Below the pieces are notes generated by a model. The model was not told the DNA's origin. It saw only the letters and a program-made list of their open reading frames with translations, and made no database searches. From an uncultured delta proteobacterium (GTDB taxonomy: Bacteria > Desulfobacterota > Syntrophia > Syntrophales > UBA5619): a stretch of DNA of 64,000 bases. Of the stretch, positions 1 to 9,152 are shown in pieces (the stretch's first letter is position 1; each line of letters starts with the position of its first letter). The stretch covers positions 160,001 to 224,000 of the forward strand of contig CAWFOM010000005.1 of the NCBI GenBank assembly GCA_963817385.1, in the 5' to 3' direction. A program made the translations under genes and the position numbers.

Positions 1-179
1 TGTGATACTGAATTTCCTATAAACGTTAACCTTAACTTAGGGCGAGCAGCGCCTCATCGTATTGGCCAGCAAGGAGGACTCTTTTGATTGGCGGTAACTA
101 TAGCCGATAGCCCGAGAAAATCAACAAAAAAATGACATTTCATTCCCCGATCAACTTTAACTTAACCTTGAGCATTCGT

Positions 180-680
180 TTAACTGCTTTGCATGCAACC
201 CCCTTCCCCGTTTAGCGTTTCATGGGTTTCCATATCGGGTGTATCGATCCTGACGGTCCCATTCTTTTGCATTTGTAGACATGACACCGTCGACCTGAGT
301 GAGTACCAGACACCGATTGGTTTGCCTTTAGGATCTACCAACTCGAATCCGTACAGAAAAAGCATGCGGGCGGATGCCTTCTCCTTCATGTTCCCGACGA
401 GATTCTGCATCACCGCCGGCGTCATTGCCAAATCTTTCCATAGGGATTGGGTATCAAGATGGTAATCCCTGTGAAGTCCGATGATGACTTCGGGGTAGAT
501 GTCCGGACCACTGATGTAGTAGCGGAAATCCGTGTTGACAGAGTAGCTTTCAAAGGACTTGGTCGTCTCATTGCTGAAGGTGATCCGACCAAAATCGCGG
601 AATAGTTGACCGGTACAGGCCATCGTGCTCAGGCACACCATCAGCAAGAGGTAGAAAGAAGAGCGTTTTATCGATTCCAT
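180..680 (-). CDS. Hypothetical lipoprotein
   Basis: 166 aa ORF; signal peptide with lipobox-like TMAC; GGAGG RBS upstream. Confidence 0.7.
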   Translation of the reverse strand: MESIKRSSFYLLLMVCLSTMACTGQLFRDFGRITFSNETTKSFESYSVNTDFRYYISGPDIYPEVIIGLHRDYHLDTQSLWKDLAMTPAVMQNLVGNMKEKASARMLFLYGFELVDPKGKPIGVWYSLRSTVSCLQMQKNGTVRIDTPDMETHETLNGEGGCMQSS

Positions 681-714
681 CTTTTCCTTCCTCCAATTGT
701 GTCATGATAGAATA

Positions 715-1014
715 TCAAGTTCGCTTCATCGCCTTCTCGACCCCAGCCTTCATGTCGTCAAGGTTCATCGCTGGTGACATTTCAATACCTGCATTCAGGT
801 TCATGAAGAAAGGTTCTACTGAACTCGGAAGCATTGTTGGATCTGCAAGATCGAAAAAAAAGAATGCCGTTCGTTTCCCGCCTTCGGGAGTAAAGTAACA
901 GGCTTCCGGTTTCATCTTTTCCACGAATTCCATGACTGTCTTGGGAAGAATGCCTTCTTTTATTCCTCTGTTGCCTGCTTCGACCGGAATGGACACTTTC
1001 ATCATCATGCGCAT
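715..1014 (-). CDS. Small conserved hypothetical protein
   Basis: 99 aa ORF with GGAGGT RBS; protein-like composition. Confidence 0.7.
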   Translation of the reverse strand: MRMMMKVSIPVEAGNRGIKEGILPKTVMEFVEKMKPEACYFTPEGGKRTAFFFFDLADPTMLPSSVEPFFMNLNAGIEMSPAMNLDDMKAGVEKAMKRT

Positions 1015-1320
1015 GTGACACCTCCATTGATTAGTTTATCGTTACTCTGTGTGATAATCGACTCAGCAATAAATATCGCCCTCTTACAAGAAACGATGTA
1101 TTTTCGGCCAATCCACACTTCCCTATTGAACCTGACAGTGAAGCAATCGCCTGTGACAGCAGTTTAATCATTTTAAGTTAGAGTATAGTGCAGATAATCA
1201 TAGAACAATGAGGATTAAAGGTAAGCAGATAGGGAGGTAAATACTATATAAGATTGAAAAAAATGGAAATAGTATATCCCAGGGATGTGAAACATCAGTC
1301 TTCTTCGAGAGCTAAAAATT

Positions 1321-1354
1321 ACAAATGCAGGGTCAGAAATAGCCCTGCATTTGT
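1321..1354. terminator. Hairpin downstream of usp fragment
   Basis: Perfect 12-bp inverted repeat ACAAATGCAGGG/CCCTGCATTTGT with 10-nt loop. Confidence 0.55.
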
Positions 1355-1377
1355 CAGGACATTGTTTTAGATACTCT

Positions 1378-1614
1378 CTATACGCGGCAAGCTTCTGGTC
1401 TTATCAACAACACGGGTACATGAGACTGATGGAGAACACCAAACGCAACACTTCCCATCATCATCCCTTTCATTCCGGTATAACCGTGGGTGGCAATGAC
1501 AATCATATTCATGTTATTTTTTTGAGCATACTCGATTATGGCATGAGCAGGCCTATTAGCTTCCAGTGATTCGATTTTTACCTTCATACCTTCTGAAGTT
1601 AGTCGGGATTCCAC
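1378..1614 (-). pseudogene. Universal stress protein, C-terminal half only
   Basis: IVIATHGYTG...GSVAFGVLHQSHVPVLLIR Usp motif; in-frame TAG a few codons upstream, so the N-terminal half is missing. Confidence 0.7.
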
Positions 1615-1643
1615 ATCAGCAACCCTTACCGTCTAATGCGCAA

Positions 1644-2414
1644 TCAGCTCTTTTCTGCCAGTTTCATGAATGGCTTGAACAGGTCGAGCGGGACGGGGAA
1701 GATGATCGTGGAGTTGTTCTCTGCCGCGATCGTGTTCAAGGTCTGGAGATAGCGAAGTTGCAGTGACATGGGTTGCGTTTCCATGAGCGCCGCCGCATCG
1801 ATCAGCTTTTGGGCGGCCTGGAACTCGCCTTCCGCATTGATAACCTTTGCCCGCCGCTCTCTCTCCGCTTCAGCCTGTTTGGCAATGGCCCGTTTCATCT
1901 CCTCAGGCAGATCGATCTGCTTGACCTCGACGTGAGAAACCTTGATTCCCCAAGGTTCGGTGCTCCGGTCCAGGATCCCCTGGAGCTGGAGGTTGATCTT
2001 CTCCCGCTGCGAGAGGATTTCGTCCAGTTCCATCTGGCCGCAGACGCTCCGGAGGGTCGTCTGGGAGAGTTGCGACGTCGCGTAGAGGTAATTTTCCACA
2101 TCAATCACGGCGGCGTTCGCATTCACGACCCGAAAATAAACAACGGCGTTCACCTTAATGGACACATTGTCCCGGGTGATGACGTCCTGCGGCGGAACAT
2201 CCATCGTGATCGTCCGCATGTCGATCCTGACCATCTTGTCGACGATCGGTATCAGGATGATGATCCCCGGTCCCTTTGTGGCGATGATCCTCCCCAGACG
2301 GAAGATGACGGCCCGTTGATACTCGTTGAGGATCCGGATGGCCGACGCGAGGAACATGACGACCAGAACAACCACGATGATAAGCGGATACATCGCTAAC
2401 ATGTCTAACATCAC
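1644..2414 (-). CDS. Slipin/stomatin (SPFH, band 7) family protein
   Basis: N-terminal [30 protein letters not shown] motifs. Confidence 0.95.
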   Translation of the reverse strand: MMLDMLAMYPLIIVVVLVVMFLASAIRILNEYQRAVIFRLGRIIATKGPGIIILIPIVDKMVRIDMRTITMDVPPQDVITRDNVSIKVNAVVYFRVVNANAAVIDVENYLYATSQLSQTTLRSVCGQMELDEILSQREKINLQLQGILDRSTEPWGIKVSHVEVKQIDLPEEMKRAIAKQAEAERERRAKVINAEGEFQAAQKLIDAAALMETQPMSLQLRYLQTLNTIAAENNSTIIFPVPLDLFKPFMKLAEKS

Positions 2415-2424
2415 TGACCTCCTT

Positions 2425-2547
2425 TTACTGTTCGATGGGTTCTATCCTGATTTTCAGATGCTCCACACGGATCACCCGGACCTTTGTACCCTTCGCCACG
2501 GGAACGTCACTCACCGCGCTCCGGTACTCCCCATGGATCAGGATCTT
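2425..2547 (-). pseudogene. nfeD: NfeD C-terminal OB-fold remnant
   Basis: Manual translation [40 protein letters not shown], directly upstream of stomatin as in nfeD-slipin operons; no start in frame. Confidence 0.7.
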
Positions 2548-2983
2548 TCTCTTTTGCTACTTTGGTATCTTCTTTTTCCGCTTTGCTTCTGTGTCTTCCA
2601 ATCTGATAGCCCGACCTTTTCCCCAATATTATAGACTTCTCTGCATTTTCCTTCTTTGCCATGATTCATTTCGCCTTTCAAAAAAGGATGTTTCGCCTAT
2701 TAAGGGGTTTTCTTTCGGAAGGATTCAGAAAATAAAAAAGACGAGAACCACCTATGCCGTCTTGTCTTTTACTGGAGTCTATCATTTAACATCCGGTCTA
2801 TAAGGGTGACAATCACCACAAAGACCCTATGATTCTCTTTTCGTTAACATCCAGTAGAATAGACTCAATACGTGCATCGCAGTATCTCGTCGATTATAAA
2901 ATACTGTTCCTCATCACCAATGAGACAGGGGCTCAAATATCAATTATTTTCCCCCTCTGATAAAAACCAAACTCACTAGCGGG

Positions 2984-3328
2984 TCATTTGGCTGCAATCC
3001 TTTTGGTCTTGGTTTCCCCAACGCCTGTCTTGATGGCGACTTTCACCGCATCTTCCATTGGATCTTTAAAAGGCACCTCAATTCGGAGCAATCCATGCTC
3101 GTATATCGCTTCGGCATTCTCAGGTTTCACCGGCCAAGTCAAAGCCAGTGCCGAAACGTACTCAATGTCCCTTGCTGGTGCCAATAAATAAACACCATCT
3201 TTAAGGATCTTTACATCGATGGTCTCCGTTGGCGCTCCTGGGATTTGGAACTCCACGACCAGCTTGTGTTGTTCCCCGTCTGCATACGCTACTGTTACGG
3301 GTGCAACTTTCATTCGTTCTTCCTGCAT
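2984..3328 (-). CDS. Hsp20/alpha-crystallin family protein
   Basis: IPG...AIYEHGLLRIEVP motif; GGAG RBS. Confidence 0.85.
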   Translation of the reverse strand: MQEERMKVAPVTVAYADGEQHKLVVEFQIPGAPTETIDVKILKDGVYLLAPARDIEYVSALALTWPVKPENAEAIYEHGLLRIEVPFKDPMEDAVKVAIKTGVGETKTKRIAAK

Positions 3329-3529
3329 CTTGACACACTCCTTTTCTGCCTCGTGCCTGATTAGTCAGGCTTATTGCCAATTAAATCATAAAATATTTCG
3401 TGATGTTAACTTTTCCTTACAATATGCACGATTATAGCAAAGTCAAGGCGATTCTATGGGTAAGCTACTTTTATTTATGTATTCACACCAAGAATATTCG
3501 GGATCGCCGTAGATGTGATCATTACGAAT

Positions 3530-3720
3530 TGAAATACAGTGTCTTCGTCGAGGTTGACTATTTGTGGACTACAGGAAGGACCGGAGCCCCCCGATCACCG
3601 GAAATACTTCCCTCCTAAAATTGCACCTTTCGCTCCGCATTAATTGATCTGTCTCGATCAGCCGTCCTGAACATTTAGTATTTGAAGTCTGCATGCTGCC
3701 GCGTTGCACCCTATAAACGC
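3530..3720 (+). repeat. Diverged direct repeat, copy A
   Basis: Aligns by eye to 15277-15464 without gaps over 144 nt (85 matches counted), then an exact TAGTATTTGAAGTCT. Confidence 0.7.
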
Positions 3721-3790
3721 ATACGTCTTGAGGATCGCACCAGATTAGGCCGCGCAAGGCAACCCCGGAGAGGAAGGAAAGCGGGCTCGA

Positions 3791-4915
3791 TCACCGACGC
3801 GAGATAGCGCGCTGGAACCGCTTGGTTATCTCTTTGGCCGGGATCGAAATGGGAGGCACCTCGGCATTGCCGGGACGAATGAGGAAGTGCACCAGTTGCC
3901 CGCTCTGCGAGCCCAAGGCCTGCCACTGAGAGGAGTTGAGGACCCGCTGCCATTTGGGTGTTCCGAGGACAGCGCCCCAGGCTGCAAGGTTTAAGCCGTA
4001 CGAAGTGGGCGTCGGTTGCGAGCCTGTGGAGCCCCATGAGCCGTTGTCCAGCAGGGCCACGGTGAGGTTCTTCGGACAATGGCGGCCGAGTTCCAACATC
4101 TGATTCGGGTTGAGGACGAAGGAACCATCTCCGTCCAGGACGATGATTCGCAGATCAGGGCGGGCTTCTGCGAGTCCGATCCCGACCAGCGTTGCCGATC
4201 CGAGAGCCCCCAGCAGATAGATATTTCGTTCCCGATCCCTGATGGCACAAGCCTCCCGGGCAGGGAAGCCGATCTGAGCGATCAGCACATGCTCTTCGGT
4301 CAGGCCCTCGAGAATGACGCGAATCGCCTGATAGCGCGTCAACTCAGGTACACCCTTGAAGCCTTCCGCCACTACGTTGACAGGAGCTATCCGGGGGGTG
4401 CCCTCTTCGGGTGTCTCATCAAGTTTCTCGCCTTCCCACAATTGCGGAGACAACAAAAAAACCCGCGCTTCGGATTTTTCGAAGCATGCAGCCAGGCCGG
4501 CTTCCAGTTCTCCGAGATCGTCGGGAGTATCAACAGTGGTTACGGGGATTTCCAGCCCGCGCAACATGGGAATCACCCGTTCGCCCAGTATCGTCTGCGC
4601 CTCGATGTTTTCCCGATAATGCCCGCGCCAACTCACGAGCAGCGGTAAGGGCAGCCCATACAGAACCGGCAGGGTCATGAGTTCGGTAATGAGATTCCCG
4701 AGTCCGGTATTCTGCATGAGCAATGCCGCCCTTCCTTGCCCCATTGCATAACCGAAGGCCATTGCGACCCCGGTATTTTCCCGGCTCAGATGCCAGAGGG
4801 GAATCTTCTTTTCCAATCTGGCAAAGAGCCATTTGAGCTTATCGCAGGGAAGATAACCCAGTCTTTGAATCTTATGGCTACAGATGATGTCTGCAACAGC
4901 CTGGCTGGTGACCAT
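3791..4915 (-). CDS. comDE: Fused sulfopyruvate decarboxylase-like ThDP enzyme (ComD+ComE)
   Basis: LPCD, NTGLGN, SWRGHYRENIEAQ, DGDGS...LDNGSWGSTGSQ; 374 aa fused layout as in Methanosarcinales ComDE. Confidence 0.75.
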   Translation of the reverse strand: MVTSQAVADIICSHKIQRLGYLPCDKLKWLFARLEKKIPLWHLSRENTGVAMAFGYAMGQGRAALLMQNTGLGNLITELMTLPVLYGLPLPLLVSWRGHYRENIEAQTILGERVIPMLRGLEIPVTTVDTPDDLGELEAGLAACFEKSEARVFLLSPQLWEGEKLDETPEEGTPRIAPVNVVAEGFKGVPELTRYQAIRVILEGLTEEHVLIAQIGFPAREACAIRDRERNIYLLGALGSATLVGIGLAEARPDLRIIVLDGDGSFVLNPNQMLELGRHCPKNLTVALLDNGSWGSTGSQPTPTSYGLNLAAWGAVLGTPKWQRVLNSSQWQALGSQSGQLVHFLIRPGNAEVPPISIPAKEITKRFQRAISRR

Positions 4916-5084
4916 ATCCGAATCTCCTCAATAGTGTCCGATGTCGAATCATACCGATTCCAACGACCGCGCTGCTTATCCCGCCGGCCTTCATGGCCGC
5001 TGCGCGAAGCCGTCCAAAGCACCATACGCCACCGCGTCGATGGCCGCAAGGGAAGACGTTAGGCGCGTTTTTTCATATGAAGGA

Positions 5085-5984
5085 TCAGCGGAGATATTTT
5101 CCAAACCATTGAAAGACCTTGTTCCATCCGTCGACCGCAGCCACCGGCCGATAATCCGCACGATCCACCGCGAAGATGGAGTGGCCGGCATTATCATACG
5201 AATGGAACTCGTAGGTCTTTCCCCATTTTTTGAGTTCCGCTTCGGTCTTCGCCACATGCTCGGGCGAGGGACGCTTGTCCTCCCTGCCGAAGAGCCCGAG
5301 CAAAGGACAGCTCAGGTCCTTCGTGTAGTCGATCGGATCAACGGGTTGACGCGGCGTCAGTCCCTCCTTGCCCGCCCCGACACCGCCGCCGTAGCAGTCG
5401 ACCGCGGCGTCGATCCCCTTGAGCGTGCACGCGGCCAGGTAGACTTGCCGGCCCCCGGAACAGTAGCCGATGATGCCGACCTTGCCGTTGAGATACGGCA
5501 GGGCGCGGAGATACCGGATGGCGCCTTCGACATCGCCCATGGTGCGGTTATCCGGCATGCCGCCGGCGGCCCGCACGCTGGCGCTGTTTTCCTCGGGCGT
5601 CCCTTTGCCTTCGCGGAAATGCAGATTCGGCGAGATGGCCGCATAGCCGTGGTGCGCGAATTTGCGGGTGATCTCCTTCGTCGCTTCGTCCCAGCCGGGC
5701 ATGTGATGGATCACCACGACCCCGGGGTAGGGGCCGGGTCCCGTGGGACGCGCCAGGTATGCATCGATCGTGTCGCCCTCGTGCCCGCGCATCTTCACGA
5801 TCTCCGCACACATGGCTTCGGACGACATCCCCTTGGCGGGCTGCGCGGGCTTCGGCTCCGCCTTCGACGCCGCAAGCACCGTCCCTGCCGCACCCGCCAC
5901 CACTCCCCCCACTGCTCCGGCCGCAGTCCCCTTGATGAAATCCCTTCGAGTGACTCCTTTCCGCTTTTTCTCGACGCAATCCAT
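5085..5984 (-). CDS. Dienelactone hydrolase family protein with Tat signal
   Basis: TRRDFIK twin-arginine signal, GYCSGG nucleophile, AGHSIF; GGAGG RBS before ATG 5984. Confidence 0.9.
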   Translation of the reverse strand: MDCVEKKRKGVTRRDFIKGTAAGAVGGVVAGAAGTVLAASKAEPKPAQPAKGMSSEAMCAEIVKMRGHEGDTIDAYLARPTGPGPYPGVVVIHHMPGWDEATKEITRKFAHHGYAAISPNLHFREGKGTPEENSASVRAAGGMPDNRTMGDVEGAIRYLRALPYLNGKVGIIGYCSGGRQVYLAACTLKGIDAAVDCYGGGVGAGKEGLTPRQPVDPIDYTKDLSCPLLGLFGREDKRPSPEHVAKTEAELKKWGKTYEFHSYDNAGHSIFAVDRADYRPVAAVDGWNKVFQWFGKYLR

Positions 5985-6211
5985 GGGTGTTTTTCCTCCT
6001 TCAAAAAGATGCTTCGGTCTCGTGGAATGTTCCGTAGTATACTCGTTCTCGTAAACGGGAGGCAACTTCTCGGCCCACTCTTTCGGATGGAGGATCCGGC
6101 AGGGAGGTCGGAAAGCAAGAATTCGGTTGCCTCACGGCGATTCACTATGATAGCCACATAATCGATAACCGGTATAATGCAGTCCACGAATTGACGGCCT
6201 CGTAATGAGTC

Positions 6212-6312
6212 GTCACCCCGGCGAAGGCCAGGGTCCAGCGTGTTTGCAGGTAGCCGACATTCCTGGATACCGGCTGGAGTTTACCCCGTACCCGATACGG
6301 GGCCGGTATGAC
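6212..6312. repeat. GTCA...TGAC palindromic REP/MITE-like element
   Basis: GTCACCCCGGCGAAGGCCAGGGTCCAG...CTGGATACCGGC...GCCGGTATGAC nested hairpins. Confidence 0.7.
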
Positions 6313-6339
6313 ATTGGTGGAGAATTTTCGGAGGGGAGC

Positions 6340-7602
6340 GTGATCAAAGCTTCACGGGAATTCCAGATCTTTGCAAAACCGGCAGGGGCCGCCTGCAACC
6401 TCGATTGCCGCTACTGTTACTACCTGCATAAGGACCTGCTCTACCCGGACAGCGAGTCGTTTCGCATGCCCGACGATCTGCTGGAGGAGTACATCCGCCA
6501 ACAGATCGCAATCGCCCCTGAACCGGAGATCAATTTCTTCTGGCACGGCGGCGAGCCGACCGTGCTCGGGATAGACTATTTCCGCAAGATAACCGGGCTC
6601 CAGCGCAAACACCTGCCCCCCGGCGGCGTATCACCAACGGCATCCAGACGAACGGCGTGCTCCTCGACGACGACTGGTGCCGCTTTTTTGCGGCTGAACA
6701 TTTTAGCCGTCGGGCTCAGCCTCGACGGTCCAGCGGCGCTGCACGACGTCTATCGCGCGACCAGGGACGGGAGGCCCACGCACCGGCAGGTGATGCAGGG
6801 CTATCGGCTCCTGCGCAAACACAAGGTCCCGGTCGATCTCCTGTGTGTCGTGCATGCCGGGAACGTCCGGCATCCCCTCGAGGTGTACCGCTTCTTCAAG
6901 GAGATCAACGCCCAGTACATCAGCTTCATCCCGCTTGTCGAGCAGGAGCCGGCTCCCCAGGGCGGCGTGAGCGCCCGCACCGTGCCGGCGGAAGCGTTCG
7001 GCGCCTTCCTGTGCGCCATCTTCGGCGAGTGGGTGCGGCAGGACATCGGACGGATCATCGTGCAGATGTTCGAGGAGGCGGCGAGGCCGGCATACGGCCA
7101 GGACCATTCCCTGTGCATCTTTCGGCCTACCTGCGGGGATGTCCCGGTCGTCGAGCACAACGGCGACTTCTATTCGTGCGATCACTTCGTCGACCCCGGG
7201 CATTGCCTCGGCAACATCCGCACGACCCCGCTTATCGAACTCATCGAACATCCGGCGCAACTCGCCTTCGGGCAGGCCAAGCGGGAGGCGTTGCCCCGCT
7301 GCTGCCGGGAGTGTGACGTCAGGGCCATGTGCAACGGGGGATGCCCGAAGGATCGCATCATCCGGACCCCGGACGGCGAAGCGGGGCTGAACTACCTGTG
7401 TGCGGGCTATCGCAGGTTCTTCGCCTACTGCCGCGCCACCACCGGGCAAATGGCGGCGCTGCGATTGGCCGGGGAACCGCCCGAGCGGATCATGCAGCTT
7501 CTCCGCGACGCGGAGGTCAAGGCGCATCCCGCAGTCGGGCGCAACGATCCCTGCCCCTGCGGCAGCGGCCGCAAATACAAGAAATGCTGCCTGAACGCAT
7601 GA
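6340..7602 (+). CDS. Anaerobic sulfatase-maturase-family radical SAM/SPASM protein with C-terminal SEC-C motif
   Basis: [55 protein letters not shown]; compensating indels near 6620 and 6705. Confidence 0.9.
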   Translation: MIKASREFQIFAKPAGAACNLDCRYCYYLHKDLLYPDSESFRMPDDLLEEYIRQQIAIAPEPEINFFWHGGEPTVLGIDYFRKITGLQRKHLPPGGVSPTASRRTACSSTTTGAAFLRLNILAVGLSLDGPAALHDVYRATRDGRPTHRQVMQGYRLLRKHKVPVDLLCVVHAGNVRHPLEVYRFFKEINAQYISFIPLVEQEPAPQGGVSARTVPAEAFGAFLCAIFGEWVRQDIGRIIVQMFEEAARPAYGQDHSLCIFRPTCGDVPVVEHNGDFYSCDHFVDPGHCLGNIRTTPLIELIEHPAQLAFGQAKREALPRCCRECDVRAMCNGGCPKDRIIRTPDGEAGLNYLCAGYRRFFAYCRATTGQMAALRLAGEPPERIMQLLRDAEVKAHPAVGRNDPCPCGSGRKYKKCCLNA

Positions 7603-7676
7603 AATGACACTTTAGTAACAGCCTCAAGAAAGGAGCGATGCGGGCCTCCTGTTTGGCCTGCGGTGAATAGCGGCCT

Positions 7677-7736
7677 TATTCGCCGCAACAAATGCGGAGA
7701 TTGTTCTTGCTTTTTGCGGCGAATACGCGGCATACT
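7677..7736 (+). promoter_or_regulatory. Promoter with overlapping inverted-repeat operator upstream of fic
   Basis: TATTCGCCGCAA (7677-7688) and TTGCGGCGAATA (7714-7725) form a perfect IR around TTGCTT-N18-CATACT. Confidence 0.55.
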
Positions 7737-7760
7737 ATCACCAAGGAGTGTCGGAGAATT

Positions 7761-8867
7761 ATGAACTACATCCACAATCGGAAGAATTGGCCGAAACTGA
7801 CTTGGAGCCAGGAGCGGCTGGCAGGGCAGCTTGCCGGCGTACGTCATCGGCAGGGGCGGCTCATCGGGCGTATGGAGGGGCTGGGTTTTTCGCTCCGTAG
7901 CGAAGCCGTACTGCAAACCCTGACTGAGGATGTTCTCAAATCCAGCGAAATCGAAGGTGAGAAGCTGAATAGAGACCAGGTGCGGTCTTCCATCGCCCGC
8001 AGACTGGGACTCGATATCGGCGGACTTATACCGGTTGACCGGCATGTCGAGGGGGTTGTTGAAATGATGCTCGATGCCACCGGGCATTTTGCCGATCCGT
8101 TGACCGAGGAACGTCTGTTTGCCTGGCACTCCGCTCTGTTTCCGACCGGGCGCAGCGGCATGCACAAAATCGCGGTTGGCCGCTGGCGTGATGATAAATC
8201 CGACCCCATGCAGGTGGTTTCCGGCCCGATTGGCCGGGAGAAGGTGCATTATCAGGCCCCTGAAGCCAAGCGTGTTCCCAAGGAGATGATCGCTTTCCTG
8301 AAATGGTTTAACGGTCCCCAATCTATCGATCCGGTTTTGGCGGCAGGTCTGGCGCATCTCTGGTTTGTAACGATCCATCCTTTTGAGGACGGCAACGGCC
8401 GGATTGCCCGGGCGATTGCCGATATGGCTCTGGCGCGTTCGGAAAATAGCACGCAGCGTTTTTACAGCATGTCGGCGCAAATTCGCCTGGAGCGAAACGC
8501 CTACTACGATATGCTGGAAAAGACCCAAAGAAGCGGCCTGGACATAACCCCCTGGCTTGAATGGTTCCTGGGGTGTCTTGATCGCGCCATTGACGGCGCG
8601 GAACATATCCTGGCCGGCATCTTCCATAAGGCCCATTTCTGGGAGGCTCATGCTCACAAGCCATTCAATGAACGCCAGCGAGCCGTCATCAACCGGCTGT
8701 TCGACGGTTTTGAAGGCAAGCTGACTTCTTCCAAATGGGCCAAACTGGCCAAATGCTCGCAGGATACCGCCCTGAGGGACATCGATGATCTGGTGAAGCG
8801 TGGTGTTTTGGTGAAAGAGCCGGGAGGCGGTCGCAGCACAAGTTATGCCCTGGCGAACGATGGATAA
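7761..8867 (+). CDS. Fic family protein (DUF4172 + Fic + C-terminal HTH)
   Basis: HPFEDGNGRIAR Fic motif; SSEIEG; C-terminal TALRDIDDLV HTH. Confidence 0.92.
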   Translation: MNYIHNRKNWPKLTWSQERLAGQLAGVRHRQGRLIGRMEGLGFSLRSEAVLQTLTEDVLKSSEIEGEKLNRDQVRSSIARRLGLDIGGLIPVDRHVEGVVEMMLDATGHFADPLTEERLFAWHSALFPTGRSGMHKIAVGRWRDDKSDPMQVVSGPIGREKVHYQAPEAKRVPKEMIAFLKWFNGPQSIDPVLAAGLAHLWFVTIHPFEDGNGRIARAIADMALARSENSTQRFYSMSAQIRLERNAYYDMLEKTQRSGLDITPWLEWFLGCLDRAIDGAEHILAGIFHKAHFWEAHAHKPFNERQRAVINRLFDGFEGKLTSSKWAKLAKCSQDTALRDIDDLVKRGVLVKEPGGGRSTSYALANDG

Positions 8868-8875
8868 GGTGATCG

Positions 8876-9014
8876 CTCCACGTGCCCTTCGTCTTCAACG
8901 GGGGATCGTCCTGATCGCCTTCCTCTTCTCGGCGCTGGTGGGGGTGATCTTCGGCTATTTCCCGGCGCTCAAGGCCGCCCGCCTGATCCTATCATGGCGC
9001 TAAGGCATGAGTGA
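8876..9014 (+). pseudogene. MacB/FtsX-type ABC permease 3' remnant
   Basis: After two 1-nt corrections reads LHVPFVFNGGIVLIAFLFSALVGVIFGYFPALKAARLDPIMALRHE*. Confidence 0.75.
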
Positions 9015-9152
9015 ACTGGTTACGTCTCATCTACTATTTATTGAAGTCGTTAAATTGGGCGTGTTCTTTTACGTGGCACCTTTCATCGCAGTGTTACGTA
9101 CGAGCACTTGATAAAGAGAGAAGGCGTCTGATAATCCATCTGATATCAAAGC

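Noticed and set aside
21..175. TTAACCTTAAC-like short repeats at 26-38 and 157-169
   Set aside because: Low-complexity, only two short patches, context truncated by the window edge
3693..3790. Second attC closing a comDE cassette
   Set aside because: GCCTAAT instead of RYYYAAC and no matching GTTRRRY box
4941..6161. 406-aa plus-strand ORF
   Set aside because: Antisense shadow of the GC-rich dienelactone hydrolase gene; no motifs
6205..6339. N-terminal extension of the radical SAM ORF
   Set aside because: Reads through a palindromic repeat; RBS and GTG at 6340 fit the family start
9031..9050. Possible third copy of the 3530/15277 repeat (TACTATTTATTGAAGTC)
   Set aside because: Similarity limited to one gapped AT-rich word; flanks do not align
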